64,000 bases of DNA, from contig CM082589.2 of NCBI GenBank assembly GCA_040954595.2, positions 62,001-126,000 of the forward strand, given 5' to 3'. The notes under the pieces were generated by a model. It made no database searches, was not told the origin of the DNA, and saw nothing but the letters and a program-made list of their open reading frames with translations. The first letter of the stretch is position 1. Each line of letters begins with the position of its first letter. Made by a program: the position numbers and the translations under genes. Shown one piece after another: positions 12,911 to 26,668 of the stretch. Source of the stretch: Balanoglossus misakiensis (taxonomy: Eukaryota; Animalia; Hemichordata).

Positions 12911-14797
12911 AAAATAAATCAGATGTGTAGTGAAAGAAAAGCTACTTTCATGTAATTGGAATCATCATTATCACAGATAGTTAACACATACATGTAGTAG
13001 ATATTTCTTATAGTAGATGCTCTTGTGCAATATTTATAAAATAACTCCAAGAAATATGATCATTAAATGTTTCGTAATTAATTTTGACCCGTGGCATAAA
13101 CTTTAGTATTTTAGTGTATAACATAGTGACACAGAGATTATAGAATTCAGTATGCAAAATTTTGATGATAAAATTTGTAACAATATCTATGTGGTTGAGT
13201 GTACCTGTAGAAATGATAGCGACATTATGGGGATAAGTTTCACAAAGATTTACACCTACATATTGATTTGATTTCTTTCATATTGCATGGAGTTGTAACG
13301 ATTTAATATGATTTATTCTAAGGTGGCACAATCATATGATTTTCATTGGCAATTTGTAAATAAAGTTTTACATTTGTATCAAGCAACAGCAAGTTTTTTG
13401 TCACAAGATATAGCACCCCATATTGGTCAGAAAAATGTACTCCTCTGCAATATTTTATATCATTAGTGAAGATGTCTCTTTGGCCAATATTGGTTCATTG
13501 GCTTCCGCCAACTCCACCGCGATACACAATGACAGATGTGTCATGACGTTTATGTAAAAAATGAATTTATGATCTCTGGCAAGCTTGATATATTATCTTG
13601 CAATGTGTGTTGAGTGTTACAGACCCCCTTATAGTATACATGCATCTCACACATCGTCTAGTGAAACCCACAGTAAAATAACCGCTTGATGAAGTACTGT
13701 AGCTCGAGGTTTTGCCTGGTGTTCCAATTTGGATGGTAATAGGGATCTGTCCACAATATGATCTTCTCCATCGGTTTTGCATGTGTCATGACTCTGCACT
13801 AGATGTCATCTTCTTCTGGGAAGTATCAAAATATAATCATGCCACATTATCAGTAACACTTGTTGCTTGCATGGTTGATCGGTCAATCAGACGTCTGCAA
13901 ACTTGTTGAAATGTGCCTAAAGCAGGAGTGAAATGAGCAAATGGGTTGAGAATGACTAGATCATGTACTACAATATTCAATGCTATCTAATAGCTTTGTG
14001 GTAAATTAACAGGAACTTGAAGAGAAAAAGAAAATACGAAAACTAGATAACTTTATTCAGAAAAATATCATGTAAGCAGCATGTGTTGACAATTCCACGA
14101 AAAATTGAAAGCGTTCAAAAACAAAAGATATAAAAAGGAAAAAAAAATCTTGGTTAGAAAACAAATCCACCCATTAAAATGACAATGCAGATAAAACTTC
14201 TAAATTAATAAGAAACATTAAAAGTGGAAATGAAAATGTTTTAAGCCTGGTCAGTTGTGCTGTGGGGCATCCATAGGGAAGGATTAACTAGAGAAGGACA
14301 CTGCGTTCCAACAAATGCAGCAATAATGGTCAGCTTTACAGAATGATAACAAGTACGAAATACTAAAAATGCAGTTTGGTCGCTATTCATATCAACGTTA
14401 AAGAACTGTGATATGGCAACAACAGAATTCCATGTGGAATCTGCCGCCACAACATTTTTTGGTAGAAAATATGAAAATAAGAGAAGTGTTCATGAAGACA
14501 TTTAATCAGTGCAGTATATCGCCCGATGTGTATAGAGACATCGTTGTCATGGCTTACCATGCATGTTCACAAAGCTTTACCTCTCTTGTCATGTGCAAGT
14601 CTTTATGTCTCCATCCCTTTCATGGCTGCTATTTGGTATCACCCAATTGTTTTCAGTGGTATAGTCTGGTCCAAATGCAGGAAATGGGGGAAAAGGGTTA
14701 TAGAATGTAACACAGTGTAAGCAGCCAGCCAAATGATGTAGGCTCTGTGGTTATGATCTACATCACAGGACTTATAGACCCGATTTTGACCTTTTTA

Positions 14798-17700
14798 TCA
14801 TTTTCTTCTCCGCTTTGATCTAGTAGTACCTGTGCTGGTTGTTTCAGATGCTTTCCTTTTTCCTGCATTCGATTCTGTTGCCTGTTCTTCACCGACTGCA
14901 AAAAGTCTAAATGTGGCAATGGTTAAGGATGACAAATGCAGTTATATATATATATAGAGAGAGAGAAAAGTGATTCAACAAGATATTGCTGTGTAATGTG
15001 ACATTGCCTGCCAAGTCTTATACTCACTGTGGCTTGAGTCCGGACAGCCAATTACCAATATATACAATATCACACATACACGTGTAATATAGGCATTATA
15101 TTCAGTAATTAGCGAAGTAGTTGGTTGCGTTCTGATATGGGTTTTATATTGAAATACCTCTAATACAGCAGCTTATCACTTAGACTCTATGGCAGTCGCT
15201 GTGCCTGTCGATAAGGAATGGAACTTTCGTACGACGCGCCGCCAGGCAAAGCGACTGTACGTTTCTGCACACATATATTTGATATGAATATTCATGAGCG
15301 GCGTTAATTTGCATGTAGAACATCTAGAAGCGCACAAAGCTCGCGATAACGCCCAAAAATGCGTATTCTGTACCTGGTATGTACGCGTATAGAACTCATG
15401 TTGACGCGACGCTAATTTGATTGACAGACATATGAGGTTCGAATGTTCTCCGCTACTTACCAAAATCTGGTAAAACCACTTGAGGGCGTTTACAGAATCG
15501 GCAAGACTGTGTGATTAGCGTCGCGTCCACAGGACGTTCGCAACGCGGACGCACATTTCTTTTTCAGTATCACACAGTCTTGGAGCAAGACTACTTATCA
15601 CTCAGCTCATGGCCAATCACTTGTGACACAAGCGACATGGCAGTTCCAATGGACATCATCAGTATACACTTGTCAGTTGTAGGGGATGAAAATGCATTTC
15701 AAAAGGATATGACTCAACATCAATTTCTTGTCGCAATAATCCAGTCAGAAGACATTCTGGATTGACAATTTGTATTGACGCTTTGATTGCAGCCTGACAC
15801 ACTGATTTGTCTTCATCACAAGATATAATAAGGATGTGTTCATCAGATTTCTTTGGCATCTGTTTCAAATGCTGAGAAAAAAATCAATTTGTACATCCAA
15901 TGTAACATTTGTCTTTCAATTCTTGGTCTTGTGTTGACTACACCCTTTCACCCCCAGTTCTCTCTTTAGAGGTCCAACCTTACCATAGAAAACAATGGGT
16001 TTGGACTGAACCATGGTGGTGAAAGGGTTAATGGACAGAATGAACATTCATACATATATTCTCAGTCTGGTGTTATTTAGCCTTCTTGTTATGAACCTTT
16101 ATGCAAATACAATCTAAATTTATACATGATTGAAAATGTCACCCTTTTTAAACCCATAATTTACAATATTTTGACAATCAGAAAATACCTGGGATGAACA
16201 AAAAAAAATGAATATAACAACATTTTGACAATTTTTCTCTAGCCAACTTGCAAGAGGAAAACTCAAGAATAAAACAAATGCTAACCTGTCCACCAGCACA
16301 CTTGATGATATCTTTCAATACAGCTGCAGGAGGTACAACCTTACCAGTAACATGGATTTTATAACCCTGTAAGACACTACTTTGTAAAGCTTTCTGTCTT
16401 GACTCAGAAAGATCAAATCCATACTGATCTTCACCTTGTTTGTCTTTCAATAAATATTGCTCTGCATCTGTTGATGGAATGAGTTACCACAAGAATTACA
16501 ACCATTCTACTCTCCTCGACTGATTGATTCAGTGATGACATTTTCAAGTCATCTCATCCATTAAGATGGAACAAACCTGATTAATGAAGATCACAAATTT
16601 TCACTAAAGGTACATGTGTACGTACATCTTGCACATCACTTACCTAGGAATTTTCTTGCTTTCTTACACTGGTCTAACCATTCAGGATTGATGATTGGAA
16701 CACCACGCGATAATCCACATAAAAACTTCACTGTTCTTCTCACCTTTGAAAACAAACAGAAATTTGGACACCCCTGCATTGTGTATTTTTTAAACTGCAA
16801 TGCTGTAAAAATAGTGTTAACCTTTGCACCCTGAGCCCTTAGTGACCTATGAACCATGCATGAACTCATGCTGTGTTGTGTATTGTACAGTGTGTATGGA
16901 AACACTGGATGATCACATTTGATGATTTTGAATAAACACAGGATGTCATTTGGGGCAAATTACTGGTGGTCTAATATTGAGATACTAGTACAACTGTGTC
17001 ATAATTGCCTTGAAGAAAGAAATGATATTGTATATTTTATAAAGCATACATGTATACTGTATTCCTGTAGAGATTCATGGAATGGGACCCAGAGCAATAA
17101 AAACCCTGGACAGCATATTCTCTAAACACCCCAGATACATATAATTGTGAGGAGAGTTTATACTATCAGTTTATTATTCTTTATGGACTAGGTATGGCTG
17201 ACTTGTTTCACATCCAATCTATTTTGGTCCTACCTTATCTGTCACTAGATGCGTACATTCATAAACAGAATCCACAAGACTACCACCCAGACTTTTCACT
17301 GTCTGTAAAATAAAACACATTAAAACAAGTTCTGGTCAATGACATAGTCCCTGCTGGAAATGGATAGGGTTAGGGTTAGGGTTAGGAATGAATAAAAACA
17401 ATCAGTAGCCACATTGGTTTATGTTGAGACATGACTCAATGTGCATATTTACATCATAATGCTTATACCAAGAGGTTTAAATGGAGTTGGTTCAAGCATG
17501 TGCAAGTGATGGCTCTGGACACAAAATAGTGCTATTTGCATCTACATTTTTATTTCATTTGACTCACAATTGTATATTTACATTTCTACATTTTTCAGTC
17601 TACCTTCTGTGTTTGTTTTTAAAAGACCTAATGCATCGAAGTACACAGACAGACAAAAATGAGAAGAAAACAATAACGATTTATTTACCTTTTCCGCTGT

Positions 17701-20700
17701 CTTGTCTACAACACCAGTAAACATAACTTTAGGTGACATACTTGAAGACAATCTTCGAAGTGTTGGACTTGCTGTTTCTCTTCTTGGCCTTGTTGAAGGA
17801 GTCACTGCCATCTAATAATGTAAGTCAATGAAATGCATGGTGAATGCTTTATAAATATAAAATGTGTCCAATATTACCAGACTGAGGTGACAGACGGCAC
17901 TTGACTCACCTCTGAAGTTTTCTCTTCCTTGTTTCCATCCTGAACACTTACACTTCGCCCTCTTCCAGTTTTCCTTCTGCTGTCACCATTTTCTTTACTA
18001 ATTCTCTCTTTTCCACTCTCTTCTGTTTCTTCATCTTGTTGAGCCGAATCATCTTTGCTACTTCTTTTGACAACTGTTTTCTTGGTATTCTTTGATGGTA
18101 CAATATCTTTCGTATCCACTTTTGAAAGTCTACCTCTGGTAATTTTTCCATCAGGTTTTTTAAACTCTGTCTGTACAAAATCTGTACTCTTATTATCAGA
18201 CTTTCTTTTGCCTTGCTTCACACTCTGTTTCTCTCTTACAGCTGTTTCCTTAGCAACAGATTGTCTTCCTCTTGTTCTTCTCTTTGGAACAATGTCTACC
18301 TCTTCACTCAATTCAGAATCTTCCAGTGGAGGTGTCAGACTCTAAACAAACACACACAGGACAGTACATGAACATTCTTGAGGCAAAATTGAAAAGTCAG
18401 CTAGTGGCTAATAAAGCTCAGCTGCGATATTTGTTTGACAGAACATATCATGGAGATATCAAAGGTGACAGAGCAGTTGATTGTGATGTGTTGTAAACTT
18501 AACTCAATAATTGGAATTGTAGTGCAATAACAGGTACATATATGGCTTGGAATTCTAAGCAAACAATGCAATGCACATCAAACAAAAGAATGATTTGAAT
18601 GAACACTGTTTTCTGCAGTGTGTCTGTCATATCTATTTCAGGTGTAAAATCAGAGTTTATGTCAACATCATAACTACGTATATATATATTCAAATAAGTC
18701 TTTTCTAGTCACCAGAGATGTCTTCACTTCTTCATCTGCCAATGTTGATGTGCTCTGTCCCCTGTCAGTTTTGTTGGTTTGTTTAGTTTTCTTTCCTTTT
18801 CTACTTTCCACCACATCCTTCCCACTGTCATCTTTTGAGGTTGATGGTGTTGGTTTATCTTCTTTCTCGGACTTTCTACTTTGATTCAGTCGACCAGTAG
18901 TGCTGTCTCTGCTCTCTAAAATGATGTCATCATTTTTACTCTCTTCATGTTTGCTTCTTCCCCTGACACTTTTTCTTCGACTTCCACTGAAAGTGTTGTC
19001 TACTTTGTCATCTTTGGTTTCTATAGCAACAGATCTTCTTGTTCCTGCACTTCTCTTGCTTGATGTCGCTGGTTCCTGTTGAATTTTATACAACAAAACC
19101 TCTTGGAAGTTATCATAGTTTTAAGTATAAGCGTGAACTATTGAAGCTCCATTAGCTGTAACTTTTGGCAATTTCTGTGCATCAACCATAGTTTCTTGTT
19201 CGGCTCCCCAAGGCATTGTTATTGTCTGAAAATTGTTTTCAAGTCCGGACTTCTCAGGCTTTCCTCATCATTCATTCAATTCTTGGGCTTGTGTTGACTG
19301 AACCCTTTCACCCCAGTTCCCTCTTTACTGGTCCAACCTTTCCATGGAAAACAATGGGCTTGGACTGAACCATGGTGGGGAAAGGGTTAAGTCTGCAAAT
19401 CTTAACTAATCATATCATAAATTTCCAGTTTCTATCCCCTACCTTGACATTAAAGGCTACTTTCTGTGTTTTCTTTGGAGATCTTTCGTTTTTGGGTGAT
19501 ACCAAAGCAGACTTGACTGGAACTCTCCCCAACATAGATGGTATCTTCAATGGCCCTCTCCTCCCATCATCCATTGTGTCTTCTTCACTATCTGCTACAA
19601 ACTAAACACAAGCAGAGATAAATTGTTTCAGACATAATTGCATTAACATTGCATCAATTAATTTTTGCTGCACACTCTACTGGAAACAGGCCAAAGCTCA
19701 ACTGAGATTAAGATACTAGTAGCCTTGAGGGACAATACCATGCACCAGACAGAAGTGCTGTCACCTCAGGACATTAAACAACAGTTGTATTATGGAATTT
19801 TTAGAACAAACAGGTTCTTTTTGTATGACTTACTTCATCATCACCATCAACTCCATACACTTGTGTTTCCCCTGTCAAATCATCGGATGTTGGCCCAGAC
19901 AAGACATGTGTAGATGCCATGATATCATCTTCTCCATACGCCTGTGTACATGCTAACAGATCATCCTCATCCGCACTTGGTAAATTGGATTTCTTCCCTT
20001 CATCATTTAAGTCTTCCCTCCTATTTATTCCACTTGTTCCAGGTTCTGTGTCTGTGCTTTCTCCTTCATGTGTATTTTCTTTTTCCATCTTCTTTTGCCT
20101 GCCTCTCGTTGACTTCCTTCTTCCTCCCTTGACATTACTTTCATCTGCCATTTCAACTTCTGTGTTTACCTCAACTACCGATCTCCCTTTTGGACTTTTC
20201 ACAGATTTTTTCCTTTTGGCATCATTTTCAACATCAGCTTCATCTTCCCCTGCACTTTGTCTTTCAAACTTATCCTTAGATTTCCCTTTCACTTTGTTGT
20301 CCTCTTCAATCACACTTTGTTGTTTCGATATACTTTCATCATTTCTAACAATGGTTGTTTTACCCCTCCCCCTTCCTCTCTGTTCCCTCCCTGAAGCGGT
20401 TGTTTTACCCCTCCCCCTTCCTCTCTGTCCCCTCCCTGAAGCGGTTGTTTTACCCCTCCCCCTTCCTCTCTGTCCCCTCCCTGAACTTCCATGTTTCTCT
20501 TCTGTCTCAACCGCTGTCCCGTTTTCTTTTCCACCAATGACTGGCATTGCCTCTATACTTGTACTTGTAGATGCTACAGCTTTGGTCTGCTCTATCTTTC
20601 CCCTTTTCCTTTTCCCAGAAATTTTCTGTTCATCATCATCAGTTATAGTCTTCTGCATGTCTTGTTGCTGAACGATTACTTGAGTTTCATTTTTCAAAGA

Positions 20701-23700
20701 TACCACAACTTTCTCCTGTCCTTTTTTTCCTCTCACAGACTTACATTTTTTATTTCCATCGTCAACAACTTCTTTACTTCTTGGTCTTTTTGCCTTACTT
20801 TGACTGAAAGCTATTTGCTTTACGTCATCAGTTTTACATTGATTGTCAGTATGATGGCTTTCAATATCAATGGCTCGTCTTTTCTCCTCCTCCTCCTCCT
20901 CCTCCTCCTCCTCCTCATCATCATCATCATCATCACCTATTTCTGTCTTATTTTCATCATTTATCACTTGAGTGGCATCACCATCCAACTTGCTCTCATC
21001 TTCCATTGTTTGCGTGGCATCATTCTCATCATTTGTGTTCTCATCTTGTATTATACTTTCATCATCACAAACTTGTGTAGCTTCATCATCCATTCTGTGA
21101 TCCTCTTCTTCCATTTCCTCTCTCCCAAGACTATGTCTAGCAGTCACACTCATTGTTGTCTTTACATTTCTACCTTTGCCTTTCTTCACTGCAGACTTTT
21201 TTATATCTGAATCATAATCCTCAATGGCTTGTGTTTCTTCATCATCTCCAATCATCAATGTCTTCTGTTCTCCCTTTGTGGAAAACAACATACATTGTGA
21301 ATAACCTAGATTAATCTGAACACAGAACAAAACAAGACCAGATGTAAAATTATTGCAAGACATAAAAAAACCTGGTATGTTTATTCCTGAATGGAGTCTA
21401 GACCTGTTGCAATGACAACATAAACAGTGAAACGGTGCACTCTACCAGTGACAGTTAACTCACACAGAAACTTCATTTGCTATTTATTTGCAGAATTCAG
21501 CAAGTGTAGGAATATGAATTTCAGCATTCAGTGCAACTGTGATTATGGCTGTAAATCAAGTAACAGTAACCCCTCAACCTTCTGTACCTTGTTATGCTGT
21601 GATATGTCTGTTTCCATGGGAACATCAACAGCTTGTGTTTCATCTTCATCTTCTCTATCACAAGTTACTTGCGTTGCTTCTACCTCATCTTTTAACATCA
21701 AAGTTTCTCCATCTTCGATGCTAGTTGTCTGAGTAGATTCCAAATCCTCATCTTTGACAGCAATCTCAGTTCCACTGTCTGAAATGCAAGTACACATCAT
21801 TCAAATTTCCCCACATCAACTAACAGAAATTTCTGTTGATTCATCTTTATTGCAAAATGGGTACAAAACATTAACTAATTCATATATACGCAGTGGTGAT
21901 GCAAAACACATTAAACATTTATTCTGCTACTCAAAAACAAATTTTGACAATGATCATATCACTATTTGTCCATCTAACTGTCTGTCGGCTAAAGAGGAAA
22001 TATTATTAGTCTGTATTTTCCAAGAAATTCAACTTCTTCCATTACAAAAATCGTCTTACTTGTCTTGATGTCCACCTGTATATCTTGTGTTGACTTTACG
22101 TCTGCATTATTTCCATCATAGGCTTGAGTGGATTGTAAACCATCATCATCATCATCATCATCATCACCTTCCATTTCTATATCATCTATGCCATAAGCCT
22201 GTGTCTCTGCTGTAAACATGTCATCATTCATATCTGCATCATTGCCATCATGTCTGGTGTCACTGTATGCCAGGGTCATCTCTTCATCTTCCTCTGCAGG
22301 CTGTGAAAACAATGTCTTTCAATATATTCCCAACAAGGGTTTTGTACAGAAATTTAGAATTGTTCTGCCAATGTTGGGTTAAATTTGGTTTTTACAATTT
22401 TTCTCCTGTGTTTCTGTCTATATCAGTATATTTTTAAATATTTCAAATAAAAAAATAATAGGACGACATTACATGTTCCTTTTCTTCTGCTGCGATCTCC
22501 TCCTCATCATCTTCAGTCACTGTTGCATCGTAGGCCAAAGTAGCACCTTCTGCCATGTTCACAGTCTCATAGTTCAGATCCTGGTTCCTCTTTTCATTAC
22601 TATCATCTGTAATCATATCAGCAAGCACAAAAAAAGCACCTAAAGCAGAAATATTTTGTCAGGAAAGTAAAAATCTTAAAAGAGCATAATTAATGGCATT
22701 TCACAATATATGCTCCTCTACTGAAAGAAAGCAAGAAAGTCCTCAGAATTGGCTGAATGTTGAGATTTGGCCGTGATTATTAAGAGTTTATCTTTACCAG
22801 GTTTGATTAGTTTTTCAGTTTTATGGATCAAACTGGCTTCATTTCCTCCCTCCTCCTCCTCATCCTCCTCCTCATCATCATCTTGTACACCATACGCTTG
22901 TGTTGCAGCACAAAATATGGACTTGTCTTCCTCATATTCTGTAATGAAAGTCTTGTGTAAAGTTGTGCTCTTCCAGCATGTTATTAATAGCATGACTCTA
23001 TGAAATCATGATTAAGAGGTTTTGTATCTACAAATATCAGTCAGTGGGAATGGTCTTCCTTAAATGCAACACGTAAAATTTAGTGCCTGGATGACTGAAA
23101 TAATCAACTCATGAAGTGAAAATTGTGAAATCTACCTCTGATTGATTTTTTAAAATGGCCACCATCCATGTAACAGTGTAAGCCAATGAATTGCTAGAAA
23201 CATTTATGGCAATATTAAAATGTATCAATAGTACTGGTACTTACCTTCAGAATCTTCTGTTGGATCACAGGCCTGAGTTGCAGCATTTGCATAGTCAGAG
23301 CAATCCAGCTGATCTACAGAACCACTACCCTTGTCAGGACTTTTTCTTCTGCAACTGATATTGTCTATGTCTGTATCACTATCAGAATCTGACTGCAACA
23401 CTAATGTTGGTTTCTCTATAATGGAAATAATTCAGAACTGAATCATGGGTCAACCGACACAACTGTATTTCACTGAGCATGCGACTTTATGGAGGCACAA
23501 TGTGCCAAACCCATAATTGGGGAATTTTATCATTTTACTCATGTGTATTATTTCAAAATTAAAAGTTGTTTGTTTTTAACTTTTACCTATCTGTTGTGGT
23601 GACTCCTTTACCACTGTTTGGGAACACTGTATTTTTTTAGCTGAAAATCAATTCATAAAGAATGAAAATTATTAATCACGGAATATAAGAACACAGAGAA

Positions 23701-25996
23701 ATCATTAGTACACAAACCCAGCTTAGGTGGCATATCCCTTACATATATTGTTGGTCATCAAATAAATACAACACATTGTCTGTTCTGTGCAGCCAGGGTG
23801 AAAGGTTTGCCCATATATCACTTTAAGAGAAATCTGTTCTCATCCAACAGATTTGATTAGAGATTTCATTTACTGACCTAATGTTTTTTTTGTCTCCATG
23901 TCATCATCTGTTTCATCCGAGTCTTCAGCATAACATATTGTAGCTTCCATAGTAAGATGTTTAGGAGTTTTTAATTCTAGTTTTGTGCATCGCTGTGCTT
24001 GGGCCATAATATCACTGCTACTCTCATCATCATTTTGGATTTGTGTTGGGTCTTTTCCATCATGCTTTTCCTGAAGTGAATAAATCTAAATGTAGCAATC
24101 TCATGACAGTCAACTGGAAAAAAACTGCATGTATCATTAATTTTCCAACATGAAAAGGACATCATGGCAAAGTAAAGAATGAATTAACTCATCACAATCG
24201 CGTTTTAGAATTTTCTAAACCCTTTGATCGATTTTTATGATGCAAATCTTTCTGAGCAGCTGAATTAATTCACTGCCTTGGAAATTTTTCTTTTTTTGTT
24301 TACTACCACCAACACCACCACCACCAACAATAGATTTGCTTGTATATACATGTACTCACAGAATTTTCATGATCTTCAGCAGACAGAAACATTGACTCAG
24401 ATCCAGTCTCAGATCCTGTATCTGAACCATCATTCAAGTCCACCTTCTGTTAATAGATTAAAAAATAATAATAAAGTGGAGAAGTTACAATACAAGGCAA
24501 ACAAATCAGCAAAAGTGATATTCTATTAAAGGATGGATTTTCAGAACATTTTAATTCTTTAAATTGAAATTGTATAAAATGACAAGGACATTTGTCATTT
24601 CAGAGAAAACTCCCAACATGCCTGATGAGGCACATACTTGTATCCATGCACAAATTTATTAATGTGTATTAAGTACAAAGATTATGTTTGTATGGACATC
24701 ACAAATTTACCCCAGAAATTTATCTCACCTTCATTTCGGCTGCTATCAGATACTGACAGATGACATCAGCAAACGTCAAATTATCTTCATGTTTCAATTC
24801 ATACCTTACAGTTGGAGCTAAGTACATCTGAAATAAAATGACACTATTATTGCAAACATGTTTCAGCAAAAAAGAATCGTATTACATGAAAACTTGTCCA
24901 AACCAAACTCAAGACTTAATCACAAGCTTTTTTCATGGCAAGTACTTATGCCCTGTAGCTATGCAGTTATACACTGTACATGACTGGTTCATTAGCTGTT
25001 TTTTCCCCCCACAATGTGAGTCTGTCCATGTGATAATATTCTGTTTACATTGACACAATATTTCACTTGTTTCTAAAATGACATTCATTCCATTGTACAA
25101 GTAATTGACAAACCTTGTTCCTTCTAGTTTTATTTCTGCTTTCCGTGTCGAATATCAGATGTATATCACTTGAAACCTGAATACAAGCATGATGTTTGGA
25201 TAAGGCCTGTGAATTGAAAACAAGGAAACTGGAAATTCATTAAGAAGTCAAATTATCATTGACAACATCAATAAAACAATATAAAAGAATTATATCCTCT
25301 TTGTACTCAAAGTAGTCATTATAGAGCAAAGATTTGAAGACCAACCACTCAAATACTTGCAAGAGCGCCCACCAACCTTGTAAACTGTCGCTTGAATGCA
25401 ATCTGCCCACATCTAGCGAACCAAACATGAACAAGACTCAACAACGTACCTTACAAAAAAAGGAAATATAAGTGAAGGGGTCCTGTTGTCTCACCTTCAT
25501 GGGAATACTTATGTCAATATTTTCATGTCTTCCTATTTTGTTTTCTCCTGGAACAAGATATTGACATAAAAGAGGATAATATCACTTGACAATGTTATGT
25601 CACTTTGCATATATTACAAAAGGCAAATGCATGTACTACAAATCATCAAGAATACTGTCCATATGTACAGTATATACATATAGAAATGAAAAGCAATTAC
25701 CTTCATATACTGGATACAAAGTCTCCTTAACACCCTTCTGTGTGAAAACTTTCAAGTACCCAACCTGAAACAAAGATGTAAAACAATATATCATTTTATA
25801 CATACATTTATCTATTTTTTAAAGACAAACCACTGAACTGATCCAAAAATCTCCAACACATGTATCAATGGGTCTAAAAATCAGGACTTACAGGTTTTCT
25901 CTGACTATCATCTTCACTCTCATCGTCTAAATCAATGGCTTGAGTTTCATCTTCCCAGTCATCTAATGGGATAGCTTGTGTTGCATCTAAATCCAT
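14798..25996 (-). CDS. MDC1: Mediator of DNA damage checkpoint protein 1 (FHA, acidic TQ/SDT region, tandem BRCT), multi-exon
   Basis: Start MDLDATQAIPLDDWEDETQAID (compare human MEDTQAIDW). FHA exons 25701-25764, about 25495-25547, 25113-25207, 24729-24827 (NKIGRH..ALSKHHA..LTFADVICQY). BRCT exons PKVMFTGVVD, CTHLVTDK, VRRTVKFLCGLSRGVPIINPEWL, DIIKCAGG, ECLLTGLLRQE. Last exon 14798-14912 ends ..RSKRRRK*. Probable 5'UTR exon ending at GTAAGT donor 27300. Confidence 0.9.
14913..15710 (-). other. U12-type (minor spliceosome) AT-AC intron, last intron of MDC1
   Basis: Minus strand: 5' site ATATCCTTTT (15710-15701), branch site TCCTTAAC (14929-14922), 3' end ...CATTGCCAC at 14913. Splicing keeps the frame: GAG TC|A TTT AGA CTT = E S F R L. 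Confidence 0.88.
15943..16027 (+). mobile_element. 85-bp TTAA mini-MITE copy in MDC1 intron
   Basis: CCCTTTCACCCCCAG...CCATGGTGGTGAAAGGG|TTAA. Confidence 0.8.
17365..17386 (+). repeat. Short interstitial (TTAGGG)n run; a second (CCCTAA)n run lies at about 11728-11746
   Basis: TAGGGTTAGGGTTAGGGTTAGG. Confidence 0.75.
19303..19386 (+). mobile_element. TTAA mini-MITE copy in MDC1 intron
   Basis: CCCTTTCACCCCAG...CCATGGTGGGGAAAGGG|TTAA. Confidence 0.8.
20353..20485 (-). repeat. Three 45-bp coding tandem repeats (GRGQRGRGRGKTTAS) in MDC1
   Basis: Near-identical units starting at 20353, 20398 and 20443. Confidence 0.9.
20884..20935. repeat. (CTC)n-(ATC)n microsatellite encoding a poly-Asp/poly-Glu tract in MDC1
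   Basis: DDDDDDEEEEEEEEEEE in the 520-aa ORF. Confidence 0.9.
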
Positions 25997-26668
25997 CCTT
26001 CTGGTAAGTCAAATCATCAAACAGGTCGTCTGAAGTTGTGAAGAGCTAATTTCATTCTGTTACACTTACAGTACATTGTATTGCATTTATAAACAATGCA
26101 GAATATTTATCAAGTCATTAACAATAATTATATTCATTTTTTATATCAATGCACTGCCCTTGGTCAATTAATTGTTTATTATTATGCTGAACATGAACTG
26201 AACTTCCCCTGAACAGAACTTTATTAAAGGTCATGGAATTACATTGCATGGGCATGGGAGTGGCGCCCTCCCTCGGTATAGCCTCGTTTTTGAAAGGGGG
26301 GGAGGGCATCTTTAATTTTGTTCGGTGAACTACGACGTGGAGTGTTGTCTTTTTGAACTACAAGTTTCTGAAATGTAGCACCGGATGGACGTTTGGATAT
26401 TTCCAATTCCAAGTTACAGTACGGAAGCGGGATAATTTGGTAGTTTTGCCAAACAAACCTCAATGTGCAACGGTGGCACTGCTCTGTGAGCTGTGTGGAC
26501 ACGATTCACAAAGACCGCTGAATGTATCTTACAAAAGCTACAACACCGCCATTTCAAAACTGAACCGTGTACAGGCTTCAGAGTACAGCTAGGCTGTGTT
26601 GTTTTTGCGACAGCGCTGTGGTTTCAGACAACACATAACGCGGCACGGCGCAGGAGCTACCTGTACGC

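Noticed and set aside
11728-17386. Inward-facing telomeric runs as ends of one element or a chromosome fusion scar
   Set aside because: Only about three units each, in introns of different genes, with no shared flanks.
19919-21210. Long + strand ORFs (250 and 239 aa)
   Set aside because: Antisense shadows of the low-complexity MDC1 exon.
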